IMG/VR virus record: IMGVR_UViG_3300026088_000014
Location: 1 to 64,000 of that record
Source: a virus
Lineage: Duplodnaviria; Caudoviricetes
Strand: one strand, 5' to 3'
DNA length: 64,000 bases
Of this stretch, positions 28,558 to 38,792 are shown in pieces. Each line of letters opens with the position of its first letter. Positions within the stretch are counted from its first letter, which is position 1. The translations under genes were made by a program, and so were the position numbers. The notes beneath the pieces were generated by a model. It was not told where the DNA came from and made no database searches. It saw nothing but the letters and a program-made list of their open reading frames with translations.

Positions 28558-28559
28558 GA

Positions 28560-30995
28560 CTACTTGTCCTTTGGTTTGGCTTTCAAGATAGCCTGTTTCT
28601 TCGCTTGAGCAAGTTCATTGGTGTGTTCAAGCTTTTGCCTGTGCAATTCGGCGTTCCTGTCCATCGCATCCTTGTGGCTTTCGTCGGCCCGCTGCATCTC
28701 GGCCTGGTGATGCTGTGTCTCCATGCCGACATCAATGGCCTTGAGCGCCGCGCTCGACTGCATCTTCTGCTGCGCCTGCGCCTGCTGTGACTGAATCTTC
28801 TGCTGTGTCGTCGCCTGATCGAGCTGCATCTTATGCTGTGTCTGTGCTTCGATGCGCTGCTGATCGAACTGATGGATGATATGCTCTTCGATGACCCTGA
28901 GCTTTTCCAGCTCGATCTTCATCTGCTCGATCTTCTCGCGAGACGCCCGGTCGGCAGCCTTGTCCTGAAGGATTGCCTCCTGCGACTTCGCCTTGATTTG
29001 CGCTTCAAGGAGAGCGATCTGGCTCTTGACCTGCTCGGCCTGTGCTTTTTGGCCGATGGCCACCATACGCGGATCGGGCGGTTGTGGTGCAGGAGTAGCC
29101 CGGAATAGGCCCTCCGGGTCAATATCAACAATGCGCATGATGCGCATATCAACAGCAATCGGATCATAGAGATCTGGACTCGCCTGCTGCAGAGTCTTGA
29201 TCGCCATCGCCTTGGCAATGCGATGCAGACTCGTTGGGTTATTCGGATCGGCGACCGGGACCAACTCACAGTTATTCAGTGCTTCGAGGAATTGTTCTTT
29301 CTTCCACGGGATCGTTGGCCGCTTGTTCTGTCGCCAGAAGGCTTCAGGATCTTCACGGAAGCGTTTTTTAATGAGCTGGAACTCTTCGGCTTGGGCAGCA
29401 TGGAGCCGCTTGTGGGCCGAGTCCAGAACCTTCGAATTCTGTTCGATAAGTGCAAGAGTAGTCCCAACCGGCGCATCTTGCTTGCCCTCCCCAACCTGGG
29501 TGTTGGCGGTATTGCCGAGTCGAGCGACAACTTCCTCGATATGCTGTGTGAAGGCGGTGAATGACGGCCCGACTTCCTTGTATGGCAACGGCATGATCGC
29601 CTTGCGGATATCGTCAAGCGCACCGATGTCGAATGGCTGGCTCGTGCCCGGAGCAACGCGGAATGTATTGGTATTCTGCCGCCCGGCACTCTTGGCGTGC
29701 AGCGAGCCGGGGAAGTTGGCAAACATGCCGGCATCGAGCATCAACCGCCACGCCGCGGTCAGCGCGTTCGTCGAGTTACCGAGTAGATGAATATAACCAA
29801 GGCCATAGAAACCAAGTCCACGTATAAAGGGAAATTGCACGAAAAACTGTTTTGCCAAGCACTGATCGTCATCTTCTTCCCAATTACGCCTGATATCGAG
29901 AACCTGCTTGCTGTCTTTCTCGATTGTTACACGATAGGGCAGCGGCAGCCCCTTATCCTTGAATTCATCCGGCGCAAACTGATTGAGATCGAGCTCGCAG
30001 TAAACTTCATAAATCGTATAATCTTGGTCCTCTGGCCTAGTCGGGGCCTTAACGCCAGCCAGCTCCTGCTTCTTCTTTTCGACCTCATCCGCAAACGGAT
30101 TCTGCGGCAGGCTTAGCTCGACATCACGATAGACACCGAGGATCTGCATGCGCCGCAGAATCGACCGACGCATCTTGATGCGATGCGTAACCCGCCCGCA
30201 GTTCTGGATATCGGTCGCCGCGTTGGAGATAATCAAGTCTTCGGCATCGATTGATTCCGATACTGGCCGCCGCCGCAGCGGGCAGTTGTAAACCTTCTTG
30301 AAACCGTCGCCACCGAAACCGATGTAGAACAGCATGCGATCGGTATCGGGAACGTATTCCGTCGCAATCGCCGTCAGGTAGTGATTCATGTCGCGCTCAA
30401 GCGCCTGGGCTAGTTCATCCTTGCCCTGCAGGCTATCGGCAAGATCGCGCGCTGCATTGGTCTGCTGAACCTCTTTCGGTGGGACCGTCGCATCGTTGCG
30501 CACCTTGACCGGCCCAGCGGCTGGCAAAAGCTCGGCCCTGGCCGTTGCCTGAAAGCGAACCGTTGCTTCAAGCAACGCCGGATGACGGACAACCGACATG
30601 CCCTCAAGCGGAGCAGAAGATGTCCCGGCGTCTGTGCGCGGCTTCTCCAGCCTGAGACCGAGCAGCGTGATACCCAAGGCGCGAGTATCGAGCCACTCCT
30701 TGCGCGATTGTTCATCACGATCAATACCTTCCATGATGTCCGAGGCGATGCTTGACAGCTCGCTCGCATCCATGTCGGCAGCAAGGTTGCGGCTGAAGTC
30801 AGTATCGTCCGGACCCGCATCCTCATGCTCCGGATTCAGATCGATAGTGACGGAGCCATCGGCGTTCTCGACCGTGATGACATCATCGTCGGTGATTTTG
30901 ACGTTTGTATCGCCGACCAGAGATAGCGGACGCGGAGGCGTTATTTGCCCGAATGGATCATCGGTGAGTGGCAGGCTATTGCTGCGGATAGCCAT
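28560..30995 (-). CDS. Portal protein (P22-like, long C-terminal coiled coil)
   Basis: 811 aa directly downstream of terL; DMNHYLT, FKKVY, APVGTTLALIEQ. Confidence 0.9.
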   Translation of the reverse strand: MAIRSNSLPLTDDPFGQITPPRPLSLVGDTNVKITDDDVITVENADGSVTIDLNPEHEDAGPDDTDFSRNLAADMDASELSSIASDIMEGIDRDEQSRKEWLDTRALGITLLGLRLEKPRTDAGTSSAPLEGMSVVRHPALLEATVRFQATARAELLPAAGPVKVRNDATVPPKEVQQTNAARDLADSLQGKDELAQALERDMNHYLTAIATEYVPDTDRMLFYIGFGGDGFKKVYNCPLRRRPVSESIDAEDLIISNAATDIQNCGRVTHRIKMRRSILRRMQILGVYRDVELSLPQNPFADEVEKKKQELAGVKAPTRPEDQDYTIYEVYCELDLNQFAPDEFKDKGLPLPYRVTIEKDSKQVLDIRRNWEEDDDQCLAKQFFVQFPFIRGLGFYGLGYIHLLGNSTNALTAAWRLMLDAGMFANFPGSLHAKSAGRQNTNTFRVAPGTSQPFDIGALDDIRKAIMPLPYKEVGPSFTAFTQHIEEVVARLGNTANTQVGEGKQDAPVGTTLALIEQNSKVLDSAHKRLHAAQAEEFQLIKKRFREDPEAFWRQNKRPTIPWKKEQFLEALNNCELVPVADPNNPTSLHRIAKAMAIKTLQQASPDLYDPIAVDMRIMRIVDIDPEGLFRATPAPQPPDPRMVAIGQKAQAEQVKSQIALLEAQIKAKSQEAILQDKAADRASREKIEQMKIELEKLRVIEEHIIHQFDQQRIEAQTQHKMQLDQATTQQKIQSQQAQAQQKMQSSAALKAIDVGMETQHHQAEMQRADESHKDAMDRNAELHRQKLEHTNELAQAKKQAILKAKPKDK

Positions 30996-32570
30996 TTAGA
31001 CCTGATACAATGGTGCGGTGTCCGATGGAGATCTATACATCATATCGTCCTCTCTTGCGATGGCGCTCTCTTCTCGCCTGAGTGCGAATCCGGTGTCGCG
31101 CAGATAACGAACTGCCATCGACACGCAGTCCACCAAGTCGTCATGCGCGCCGCGCGGAAACACAGACACTTGGTTAATCACCATGTCGGCCCATGAGCGA
31201 TCCGGCGCATAAACCATGTTGTCGGCGAAGATGTGCTGAATGGAGTGAACACGGGCAACCTTGTCGCCGTAGCGCTTGGGGTCGACCGTCTCAATACCGA
31301 ACTTGGACTGACCCAGGAGTCGATAGAGCTCTTGGGCGACCGACAGTCCGCTGGCCTTGCCTTCGATCAACAGCCGGTCAATGGCATAACGCGGGTGGGA
31401 CGCCGGGGCCGGGCTGACCACGCAGGTATTGATGACCTTCTGCACCAGATCGTAGAACTGCAGCCGCTCCTGCCATGCGTACATCAGCATCAGCTTGGGG
31501 TTGCCGGCCTCGTCGCGAAATACGCCCCATATGGTTAAGGCACTGGGATCGTTCTCCTTTTTCTCGGTATAGGCGGTATCCAAGGAAGCCAGGATATATT
31601 CGAAGTCGGGAAACTTGTCGGGCTTCCATTCCTGCCAATAGGCATCTTTGATGATCGCCCCACCACGCGGCGCGGGCATCTGCTGGTACTGCCCGGCCCA
31701 GGCGTAAGGACCCTTATCCCTTTCTAATTCCTGGGATATTTCCTCCGAAAAGCGCTCTTCCCATGCCAGCTCGCCATCCTCTTCCCGCCAGTCAGTCCAG
31801 GTCTTGGTCCCGTAAGTTGTGGTGCAATGGCGGGCGGAATCATACCGCATGGGTATCATAAGGTGTGTGTAGCCCATTTCTCGCGTAATAGCTGTACCGC
31901 TGACATCTTCCTCATGCGTCCGCTGCTGGATCACGACGATGGCTGACTCGGCTTGGTTGTTGAGGCGATCAGGGATAATTTCGGTGAACCACATATTGGT
32001 GGTTGCTCTGATCGTTTCGGATTCCATTTCCATAGGGTTATTGGGGTCGTCGATGATGACCCGATCGGCTCGCTCCCCGGTTCCGATGCCGGAAACCGAG
32101 GTTGCCAGCTTCCACCCGGTACAATCGTTGGCGAACTTGACCTTAGTGAATTGCTCATTGGAGATGCCGAATCTGTTGCCCCACAGCGCTCGATAGCGAT
32201 CGGAGATAACCACGTTGCGGCAACGCATATTATCACGCTCGGTCAGGTGGTTAGAGTAGGCGGCACACATATAGCGCAGCCACGGGCGGCCCTTAGGACC
32301 CCACTCCCAGGCCGGCCAGAACACATCCGTCATCAGCGACTTGGTGAACCCCGGCGGCACGTTGATGAGCAGCCGGCGAATCTGGCCATCGGTTACAGCC
32401 TGTAGGTGTTCGGCTACAGCCTCAATGGCATACCCCTTGATAAAGGGGATGGCTGGCTCGACCACCGGCCACACATATTTCGCAAAATTGAGCAAACTGT
32501 CTTCGTAAGGCTGGCGTATCTTCACCAGTTTTAGGCCGCGAGCAGCGACATCAAGCAGTTCTGCGGTCAT
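30996..32570 (-). CDS. terL: Terminase large subunit
   Basis: LLINVPPGFTKS Walker A, IIDDP Walker B, SLDTAY and FPRGAHDDLVD nuclease motifs; ATG at 32570 with AGGT RBS. Confidence 0.95.
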   Translation of the reverse strand: MTAELLDVAARGLKLVKIRQPYEDSLLNFAKYVWPVVEPAIPFIKGYAIEAVAEHLQAVTDGQIRRLLINVPPGFTKSLMTDVFWPAWEWGPKGRPWLRYMCAAYSNHLTERDNMRCRNVVISDRYRALWGNRFGISNEQFTKVKFANDCTGWKLATSVSGIGTGERADRVIIDDPNNPMEMESETIRATTNMWFTEIIPDRLNNQAESAIVVIQQRTHEEDVSGTAITREMGYTHLMIPMRYDSARHCTTTYGTKTWTDWREEDGELAWEERFSEEISQELERDKGPYAWAGQYQQMPAPRGGAIIKDAYWQEWKPDKFPDFEYILASLDTAYTEKKENDPSALTIWGVFRDEAGNPKLMLMYAWQERLQFYDLVQKVINTCVVSPAPASHPRYAIDRLLIEGKASGLSVAQELYRLLGQSKFGIETVDPKRYGDKVARVHSIQHIFADNMVYAPDRSWADMVINQVSVFPRGAHDDLVDCVSMAVRYLRDTGFALRREESAIAREDDMMYRSPSDTAPLYQV

Positions 32571-32649
32571 TAAAATACCTGTGTACAAAAGTGAAAAAAT
32601 TTCTTGGCGACGCCATCAGCACCCCTTAGGCATGGAGCGGGAGGATCAC

Positions 32650-32835
32650 ATGACGCGCGATCAACTCATCCTGCTGTCCACCAGAATATATGACGAGGGC
32701 AAAAAGCGCGAGGGCTTAGGCGGCTACAGCGCCGACGCCGACTCACTGCTGTTCCTCCACTCGGCTCTGTACAACGTCGTTCAGCACCTCATCGAGAAAG
32801 AAAAGAAGCCAAGAAAGCGCAAGAAGAAGCGATGA
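32650..32835 (+). CDS. Small hypothetical protein
   Basis: GGAGG RBS; ATGA-type coupling to the next gene. Confidence 0.55.
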   Translation: MTRDQLILLSTRIYDEGKKREGLGGYSADADSLLFLHSALYNVVQHLIEKEKKPRKRKKKR

Positions 32836-33329
32836 GCATCCTCGTAGCCCACCGAATTCTTCTCACCAAGCACACCGAGCCAAAGCACCTCAAGACCATG
32901 GTGCGCTGGCTCAATGACCCAGATGTCGTCCAATTCTCCGAACAAAGACACCACCGCCACGACGAAGAAAGCCAAGCCCACTACATTACCGACGGATGCT
33001 CAATCTTCCGCGAGATCCATACCGAGAAGCGGTTCATCGGCACCATTACTGCAGATATTGATCGCGCTAACTCAGTTGCCAATGTCGGCATCCTCATCGG
33101 CGAAAAGAAGGAATGGGGCAAAGGCTACGGCACGGAAGCGTGGAAAACCTTCTGCGACCACCTTCTCACCCATGGCATCCGCAAGATCGAGGCAGGCACC
33201 ATGGCGTGCAACTACGGAATGCTGAACATCTTCCGGCGCACTGGAATGCATCACGAAGGGCAGCGCTACAACCACTTCCTGCTCGGCAATGAACTCTTTG
33301 ACCTGCTGCAATGGGCGAGGTTCGCATGA
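32832..33329 (+). CDS. GNAT N-acetyltransferase, PseH/RimJ-like
   Basis: WLNDPDV, GILIGEKKEWGKGYGTEA; located in the sugar cluster. Confidence 0.85.
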   Translation: MSILVAHRILLTKHTEPKHLKTMVRWLNDPDVVQFSEQRHHRHDEESQAHYITDGCSIFREIHTEKRFIGTITADIDRANSVANVGILIGEKKEWGKGYGTEAWKTFCDHLLTHGIRKIEAGTMACNYGMLNIFRRTGMHHEGQRYNHFLLGNELFDLLQWARFA

Positions 33330-34123
33330 AGGTGCAGTTAGTGGGCAGCAACGAAGAAGCCATAAAGGAATTCTGGGATGGTCAGGCCAAGCAGCATGGC
33401 GCATCCGACAAGGCCACCGCACCAGACTCGGCCTACCGGCAGCTGGAGATCGACGCCATCATCCCACACATCGAGGGGCGCTGGATTTGCGATGTCGGCT
33501 GCGGCAACGGCTATTCGACCTTCAAGTTCAAGGATGCTTATCCCCACAAGGCATTCCTCGGCGTCGACTACTCACAGGCGATGGTCACGGCAGCCAATGT
33601 TGCGGCCATCGTCATACACTCGGACGTATCGTTCGTTACCTGCGACGTGCGGAAGCTGTCGCGGCTGAAAGTCGCCAAGTTCCACACCATCATCTCCGAG
33701 CGCTGCCTGATTAACCTGCAGACGTGGGAAGAACAGCAGCAGGCCATTCTGGAAATGAAGCAATGCCTGCTACCGGAGGGCAAGCTGATTCTGGTAGAAA
33801 ACTTTATCGATGGGCTGAATAACTTAAACAAATTACGCGAGCAATTTGCCTTACAGCAAATCCTTGTCCGCTGGCATAACCGCTACCTGCATTCCGCTGA
33901 ATTTCACAAATTCATTGAAAAAGAATTTTATATCAAACACCAAGAAAACATCGGCAACCTCTACTACATCATATCGCGTGTGGTTTATGCCAAACTCTGT
34001 CAACTAGATGGCACAGAACCGCAATATGGTGCCGAGATAAATCGCATCGCCGCCAAGCTGCCGCCACTCGGCGTCTACAACTATTCCCCAAACATGATGT
34101 ATGTGCTGGAGGCCAAGGGGTGA
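33326..34123 (+). CDS. Class I SAM-dependent methyltransferase
   Basis: ICDVGCGNGYS, GVDYS, ISERCLINL. Confidence 0.85.
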   Translation: MKVQLVGSNEEAIKEFWDGQAKQHGASDKATAPDSAYRQLEIDAIIPHIEGRWICDVGCGNGYSTFKFKDAYPHKAFLGVDYSQAMVTAANVAAIVIHSDVSFVTCDVRKLSRLKVAKFHTIISERCLINLQTWEEQQQAILEMKQCLLPEGKLILVENFIDGLNNLNKLREQFALQQILVRWHNRYLHSAEFHKFIEKEFYIKHQENIGNLYYIISRVVYAKLCQLDGTEPQYGAEINRIAAKLPPLGVYNYSPNMMYVLEAKG

Positions 34124-34719
34124 AACAGGTCCGCGCCTTTATGCAAAGCGAAGGGGCGGCATGGCTTGAGCGCAATGAAAGCAAGCTGCCGCCGGTCATT
34201 GATCCTGTCATTGAAGCCATCAAGTCCGCCGACATCTCCCCGCACCATACGGATGTCATAGAGGTTGGCTGCGCTAATGGCTGGCGCTTGGAACGGATGA
34301 AGCGGCTGTACAACACTCGCGGCATCGGCGTTGACCCCGCGGCCCCGCGCAACGTGCCGCATCTGTTTCAAGGCGGTGCCGATAGTTTACCGGCAGCAAC
34401 CGATGAGTACGATTTTGTCATCTACGGGTTCTGCCTCTATCTGGTCGATCGCGAAGACTTGTTCAAGGTAGCCGCCGAAGGCGATCGCGTACTGCGCAAC
34501 TTCGGTCACATCGTCATCTACGACTTCCTGCCAGATTACCCGCACAAGGTGCCGTACAAGCATCTCGACGGACTCTTCAGCTACAAGATGGATTACGCCA
34601 ACCTGTGGCTCGGCAGTCCGGCCTACAGCGTCGTGCATCGTCAGTTATGGCCGGAACAAGGGGAAGCGGTCACCATTCTGCAGAAAGACATCAACAGAGG
34701 ATGGCCGCTCGATGAGTGA
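34120..34719 (+). CDS. Class I SAM-dependent methyltransferase (sugar-cluster type)
   Basis: IEVGCANG, GFCLYLVDREDL, YKMDY. Confidence 0.8.
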   Translation: MKQVRAFMQSEGAAWLERNESKLPPVIDPVIEAIKSADISPHHTDVIEVGCANGWRLERMKRLYNTRGIGVDPAAPRNVPHLFQGGADSLPAATDEYDFVIYGFCLYLVDREDLFKVAAEGDRVLRNFGHIVIYDFLPDYPHKVPYKHLDGLFSYKMDYANLWLGSPAYSVVHRQLWPEQGEAVTILQKDINRGWPLDE

Positions 34720-34843
34720 CATGAAGGAATTGCTTAGCCTGCTTGCTCTGTCTGGGTTCATCGGAAATATCCATGCACAGTTTGGCTGGGCGTTTTTAAT
34801 GGCTGGTAGCCTAACGATGCTTTTCATTGGATATTTCAAATGA
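34712..34843 (+). CDS. Small membrane peptide (43 aa)
   Basis: Read manually; hydrophobic; overlaps both neighbours. Confidence 0.45.
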   Translation: MSDMKELLSLLALSGFIGNIHAQFGWAFLMAGSLTMLFIGYFK

Positions 34844-35685
34844 GCAAGACAATCGGCGTTATCGGCATTGGCTCTATTGGCGAAAGACATGCCACAAATC
34901 TAATTAAACTGCGCAAGGCCATCACCGTTCTTACACACGACCCAAAGAGCGGAGACGAGGAAGATAACTTAAGGCACCTCATTTATAGGAGCGATGCGAT
35001 TGTCATCGCCAGCCCAACGCCGACGCACCTCGATTACATCTTCAAGGTCTCGCACGCATCAAAGCCGATGTTCGTGGAGAAGCCGGTTGCCGACAAGTAT
35101 GACGAGATCTGCAACGCAGCAACGATGGTCGGCTACAACCTGCGCTTCCATGCCTGCGTCAAGAAGGCGAAGGAGTGGATGCAATCCGACGTGATTGGAG
35201 AACCCGTCTGGGCCAACTTCACCGTCGCCCAGTTCAACGACAAGTTAGACTACCTGCGCGATGGCGTCATCCTCAACTGGTCACATGAGATCGATCTGGC
35301 GCTCTATCTGCTTGGCGACGCATCGGTAAGAAGCTGTGTTAGCGACACACCGATGCTGGCTGACATTATCCTTATGCATGAAAATGGTTGCCATTCGGTT
35401 GTTCACCTTGACTACCTCACACGACCGGAAGTTCGGCAAACAATCATTTCTGGACTAGATGCAACAATCATTCTCGATCTAGTCAACCGACAGGCATGGC
35501 TGCGGGATGCGGATGGATCAATCTTGGATCATTTGGATGCAGACGACTCTTGGGATGAGAACTATGTGGAAGAGATGGCGGCTTTTCTGGCTCGCGTTGA
35601 TGGCCAGGAAACGATCGGCTGCACCGGGGAAGAGGGGTTAAGGGTTCTGGAATTATGTCTCAAGGCAATAAAGTTGTCGCAATAG
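34840..35685 (+). CDS. Gfo/Idh/MocA family oxidoreductase
   Basis: GVIGIGSIG, FVEKP, GYNLRFH, SHEID. Confidence 0.9.
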   Translation: MSKTIGVIGIGSIGERHATNLIKLRKAITVLTHDPKSGDEEDNLRHLIYRSDAIVIASPTPTHLDYIFKVSHASKPMFVEKPVADKYDEICNAATMVGYNLRFHACVKKAKEWMQSDVIGEPVWANFTVAQFNDKLDYLRDGVILNWSHEIDLALYLLGDASVRSCVSDTPMLADIILMHENGCHSVVHLDYLTRPEVRQTIISGLDATIILDLVNRQAWLRDADGSILDHLDADDSWDENYVEEMAAFLARVDGQETIGCTGEEGLRVLELCLKAIKLSQ

Positions 35686-37679
35686 CCCAGGCGCGCATGG
35701 GCAGTACGCGATTCCCCGGCAAGGTCATGACCGACCTTGAGGGGATTCCGGTGCTGCAATGGACGGTCAACGCGCTGTGGGACTCGCACGGGCTTGACGA
35801 TGTTGTCATCGCTACCTCGACGCTGCCGGCGGACGACATTATTGCCCACTACTGTTCAATGCACGGCATCAACTGTTTCCGCGGCAGCGAAACGGATGTG
35901 CTCGACCGCTTCTATCAGTGTGCCAAAGAATACAAGGCCGACATCATCCTGCGGCTGACCTGCGACTGCCCATTCCTTGACCCATCCGTCATCAGCGAAG
36001 TCATCAGGCTAAGGGAGATGACCAATGCAGAATATGCAACAAATACAGATCCTCCTACTTATCCTGATGGTCTGGATGTTGAGTGTTTTACTTTTGCTGC
36101 TCTTGAGTGTGCTCACAAAGAAGCAATCCGCAGCAGCGACCGCGATTGCGTTACTCGTTTTATTGTACGCAACCGGCATCGCTTTCCTGCTGCCAACCTG
36201 AGGTGTCCACTTCCGGGATTAGAGAAGGAGCGCTGGGTTCTCGACACCAAGGATGACTTTAGCTTCTGTCTGGAGATTGCCAAGCGCATTGGCACCAGCA
36301 CATCCTATCTGGAGATTCTCGATATTCTTGCTACCGAGCCGGAGCTGCGACAGCTTAATCCGGGAATCCGCAACGAGCGCTTCTATGAGGGAATATCCGA
36401 TGAGCAACTACCCACACGAACATTTACACGATCACAGCGACTATACGAGCGAGCATCCCAAACAATTCCATTTGCCGCACAAACCTTCTCCAAGTCACAC
36501 CTCGTTTTCCCACCGGGAAGAAGTCCGCTGTTTGTGTCTCACGGTGACGGGGCTTATGTTTATGACGTTGATGGCAATGATTATGTTGATCTCGTTAGCG
36601 CCCTACTTCCTGTCGTCCTGGGTTACCGCGATCCTGACGTTGACGGTGCTGTCCGCCGCCAGCTGGATAGCGGTATTTCATTCTCCTTGGCGACGGAAAT
36701 GGAAGCGCAACTTGCCGAGACACTCTGCCGGCTCATTCCGTGTGCCGAGAAAGTCAAGTTCGGAAAATCAGGAACCGATGTAACAACCGCAGCGGTGAGG
36801 CTGGCCCGTGCTTATACCGGTAGAGATCACGTCTTGGTCGGTGGTTATCATGGGTGGGCTGATTGGAGCATGTCTGTTACTGATCGCAATCTGGGAATCC
36901 CGGAAGATGTAAGAAAATTAAGTCGCCGGATTCCTGACGGCTTTTCCTCTGTCAATGATATTGGTTTGCTGCCAAGTCAGGTAGCCGCCATTATCATTGA
37001 GCCGAATGGCGACCCTGAGTATTTGCGGTGGCTGCGTGACTACTGTACGGAACGCGGCATCGTTCTAATCTTCGACGAGATAATCACCGGGTTTCGCTAC
37101 GATCTCGGTGGTGCTCAGAAACTGTTTGGTGTTACGCCAGACCTTGCGTGTTTCGGCAAGAGCATGGGGAATGGCATGCCAATCTCGGCTGTCGTTGGAC
37201 GTGCAGAGCTGATGAGTAAATGTGAGCCACCAGGTAACATTTTCTACTCGGGCACATTTTTCGGTGAGACACTGGGGATCGCTGCAGCTCTCGCAACGAT
37301 TGACAAGATGGAGCGGGACGATGTTATCGAACACCTGTGGTCGTTTGGCACGCGGCTGAGGGCTCATATCAATACTATCGTTACTCAGTTGGGGTTGCAT
37401 GATGTCGTGCGCCTCAGCGGTGAGGCTCCACTCATCAAAATAGATTTCCTCGGCGAGCACAAGGAAAAGTTACGTTCGCTGTTCATCGAGCAGATGGCGC
37501 AGAACGGCGTGCTAATCATCGGCTCCAACAATCTATCGTTCGCGCACAAGGACCCGCAGCTCAAGCGCATTGTAACAGCCTACGGGGCAACACTGATCGC
37601 GATCAGGGTGGCGATTGACAGCGGCTCCATCAGTCAGGTCGAGGCTTCAGCTGGACTGCCGATACGAGCCAGCGCATGA
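35655..37679 (+). CDS. SpsF/PseF-like cytidylyltransferase fused to a class III PLP aminotransferase
   Basis: QARMGSTRFPGKV...RGSETDVLDRF...RLTCDCP; second half FDEIITGFR, FGKSMGNG. Confidence 0.9.
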   Translation: MSQGNKVVAIAQARMGSTRFPGKVMTDLEGIPVLQWTVNALWDSHGLDDVVIATSTLPADDIIAHYCSMHGINCFRGSETDVLDRFYQCAKEYKADIILRLTCDCPFLDPSVISEVIRLREMTNAEYATNTDPPTYPDGLDVECFTFAALECAHKEAIRSSDRDCVTRFIVRNRHRFPAANLRCPLPGLEKERWVLDTKDDFSFCLEIAKRIGTSTSYLEILDILATEPELRQLNPGIRNERFYEGISDEQLPTRTFTRSQRLYERASQTIPFAAQTFSKSHLVFPPGRSPLFVSHGDGAYVYDVDGNDYVDLVSALLPVVLGYRDPDVDGAVRRQLDSGISFSLATEMEAQLAETLCRLIPCAEKVKFGKSGTDVTTAAVRLARAYTGRDHVLVGGYHGWADWSMSVTDRNLGIPEDVRKLSRRIPDGFSSVNDIGLLPSQVAAIIIEPNGDPEYLRWLRDYCTERGIVLIFDEIITGFRYDLGGAQKLFGVTPDLACFGKSMGNGMPISAVVGRAELMSKCEPPGNIFYSGTFFGETLGIAAALATIDKMERDDVIEHLWSFGTRLRAHINTIVTQLGLHDVVRLSGEAPLIKIDFLGEHKEKLRSLFIEQMAQNGVLIIGSNNLSFAHKDPQLKRIVTAYGATLIAIRVAIDSGSISQVEASAGLPIRASA

Positions 37680-38593
37680 ATATTCTTGTTACAGGCGGCA
37701 CAGGCTCGTTCGGGCAGGCTTTCGTCAAGCGTCTGCTGAACAGCATCGATGTAACAAGAATCGTCGTCTACTCGCGAGGCGAACATGCGCAAGAAGAGAT
37801 GGAGCATCGCTACCGGGATGATCGTCTCCGCTTCTTTATTGGCGACGTTCGCGACATTAGCCGTCTTGAGCTGGCACTTCATGGTATCGACACGGTTGTT
37901 CACGCCGCTGCATTAAAGATCGTGCCGATCGCTGAGTACAATCCGACCGAGTGCGTCGCGACCAACGTGCTGGGGGCGCAGAACATAGTAAAGGCAGCAC
38001 TGCATACAGGAGTGAAACGTGTTGTTGGACTCTCCACTGACAAGGCTGTTAATCCGATCAACCTCTATGGAGCCACCAAGCTGGCCGCCGAGAAGATTTT
38101 TGTCGCGGCTAATGCTCTGGCTGCGGGTCGGACTGCTTTTAGCGTGGTGCGCTATGGGAACGTTGCTGGCAGCCGTGGCTCTGTTGTTCCTCTTTTTAAG
38201 CGGTTAGCTGCGGAGGGCAAGCCGCTGCCGCTGACGCATCCAGACATGACCCGGTTCTGGATCACAATGGATCAGGCAATCGATCTGGTCATGTATGCAA
38301 TTTATCACTCGCATGCGCGCGAGATTCTCGTTCCCAAGATTCCATCGATTAAGATTACCGATCTGATTGCCGCGATGTCGAACCTGCCACCAACGCTGGT
38401 CGGCATCCGTCCCGGTGAGAAGATTCATGAAACACTGATTACCGCCGACGAGGCGAGAGTGACCGCGGATATGGTCAACTTTTACCTTATCAATGCACCG
38501 GAGAAGTACCCCAAGGTGGAGCAGGGGTTTTGTTACACCAGCGACACTAACACCGAATGGCTCACCGTAGAACAGTTGAGGGCAATGACATGA
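37676..38593 (+). CDS. pseB: UDP-N-acetylglucosamine 4,6-dehydratase (inverting)
   Basis: TGGTGSFG, HAAALK.VP.AEYNP, LSTDKAVNPINLYGATK, VRYGNV.GSRGSV, MTRFWIT, GIRPGEKIHE. Confidence 0.92.
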   Translation: MNILVTGGTGSFGQAFVKRLLNSIDVTRIVVYSRGEHAQEEMEHRYRDDRLRFFIGDVRDISRLELALHGIDTVVHAAALKIVPIAEYNPTECVATNVLGAQNIVKAALHTGVKRVVGLSTDKAVNPINLYGATKLAAEKIFVAANALAAGRTAFSVVRYGNVAGSRGSVVPLFKRLAAEGKPLPLTHPDMTRFWITMDQAIDLVMYAIYHSHAREILVPKIPSIKITDLIAAMSNLPPTLVGIRPGEKIHETLITADEARVTADMVNFYLINAPEKYPKVEQGFCYTSDTNTEWLTVEQLRAMT

Positions 38594-38787
38594 GAGGACC
38601 TGGGAGACCGCTGAAAGACTTGCCGAAGAAGACGATCATGAATCACATCATTCGGCTGCGCGGTCGCAACAACCGTCACTTTGGAGCCTTGTGGGCCGAG
38701 GGATTGAAGACCGCCAAGGGCCGCAAGGCGTGGAAGGCCATACAAGAAAACGACACACAGATAACAAAATGGATGAGCCGCATTTAG
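38590..38787 (+). CDS. Small basic hypothetical protein
   Basis: 65 aa between pseB and pseC; ATGA overlap. Confidence 0.5.
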   Translation: MRGPGRPLKDLPKKTIMNHIIRLRGRNNRHFGALWAEGLKTAKGRKAWKAIQENDTQITKWMSRI

Positions 38788-38792
38788 AGCGC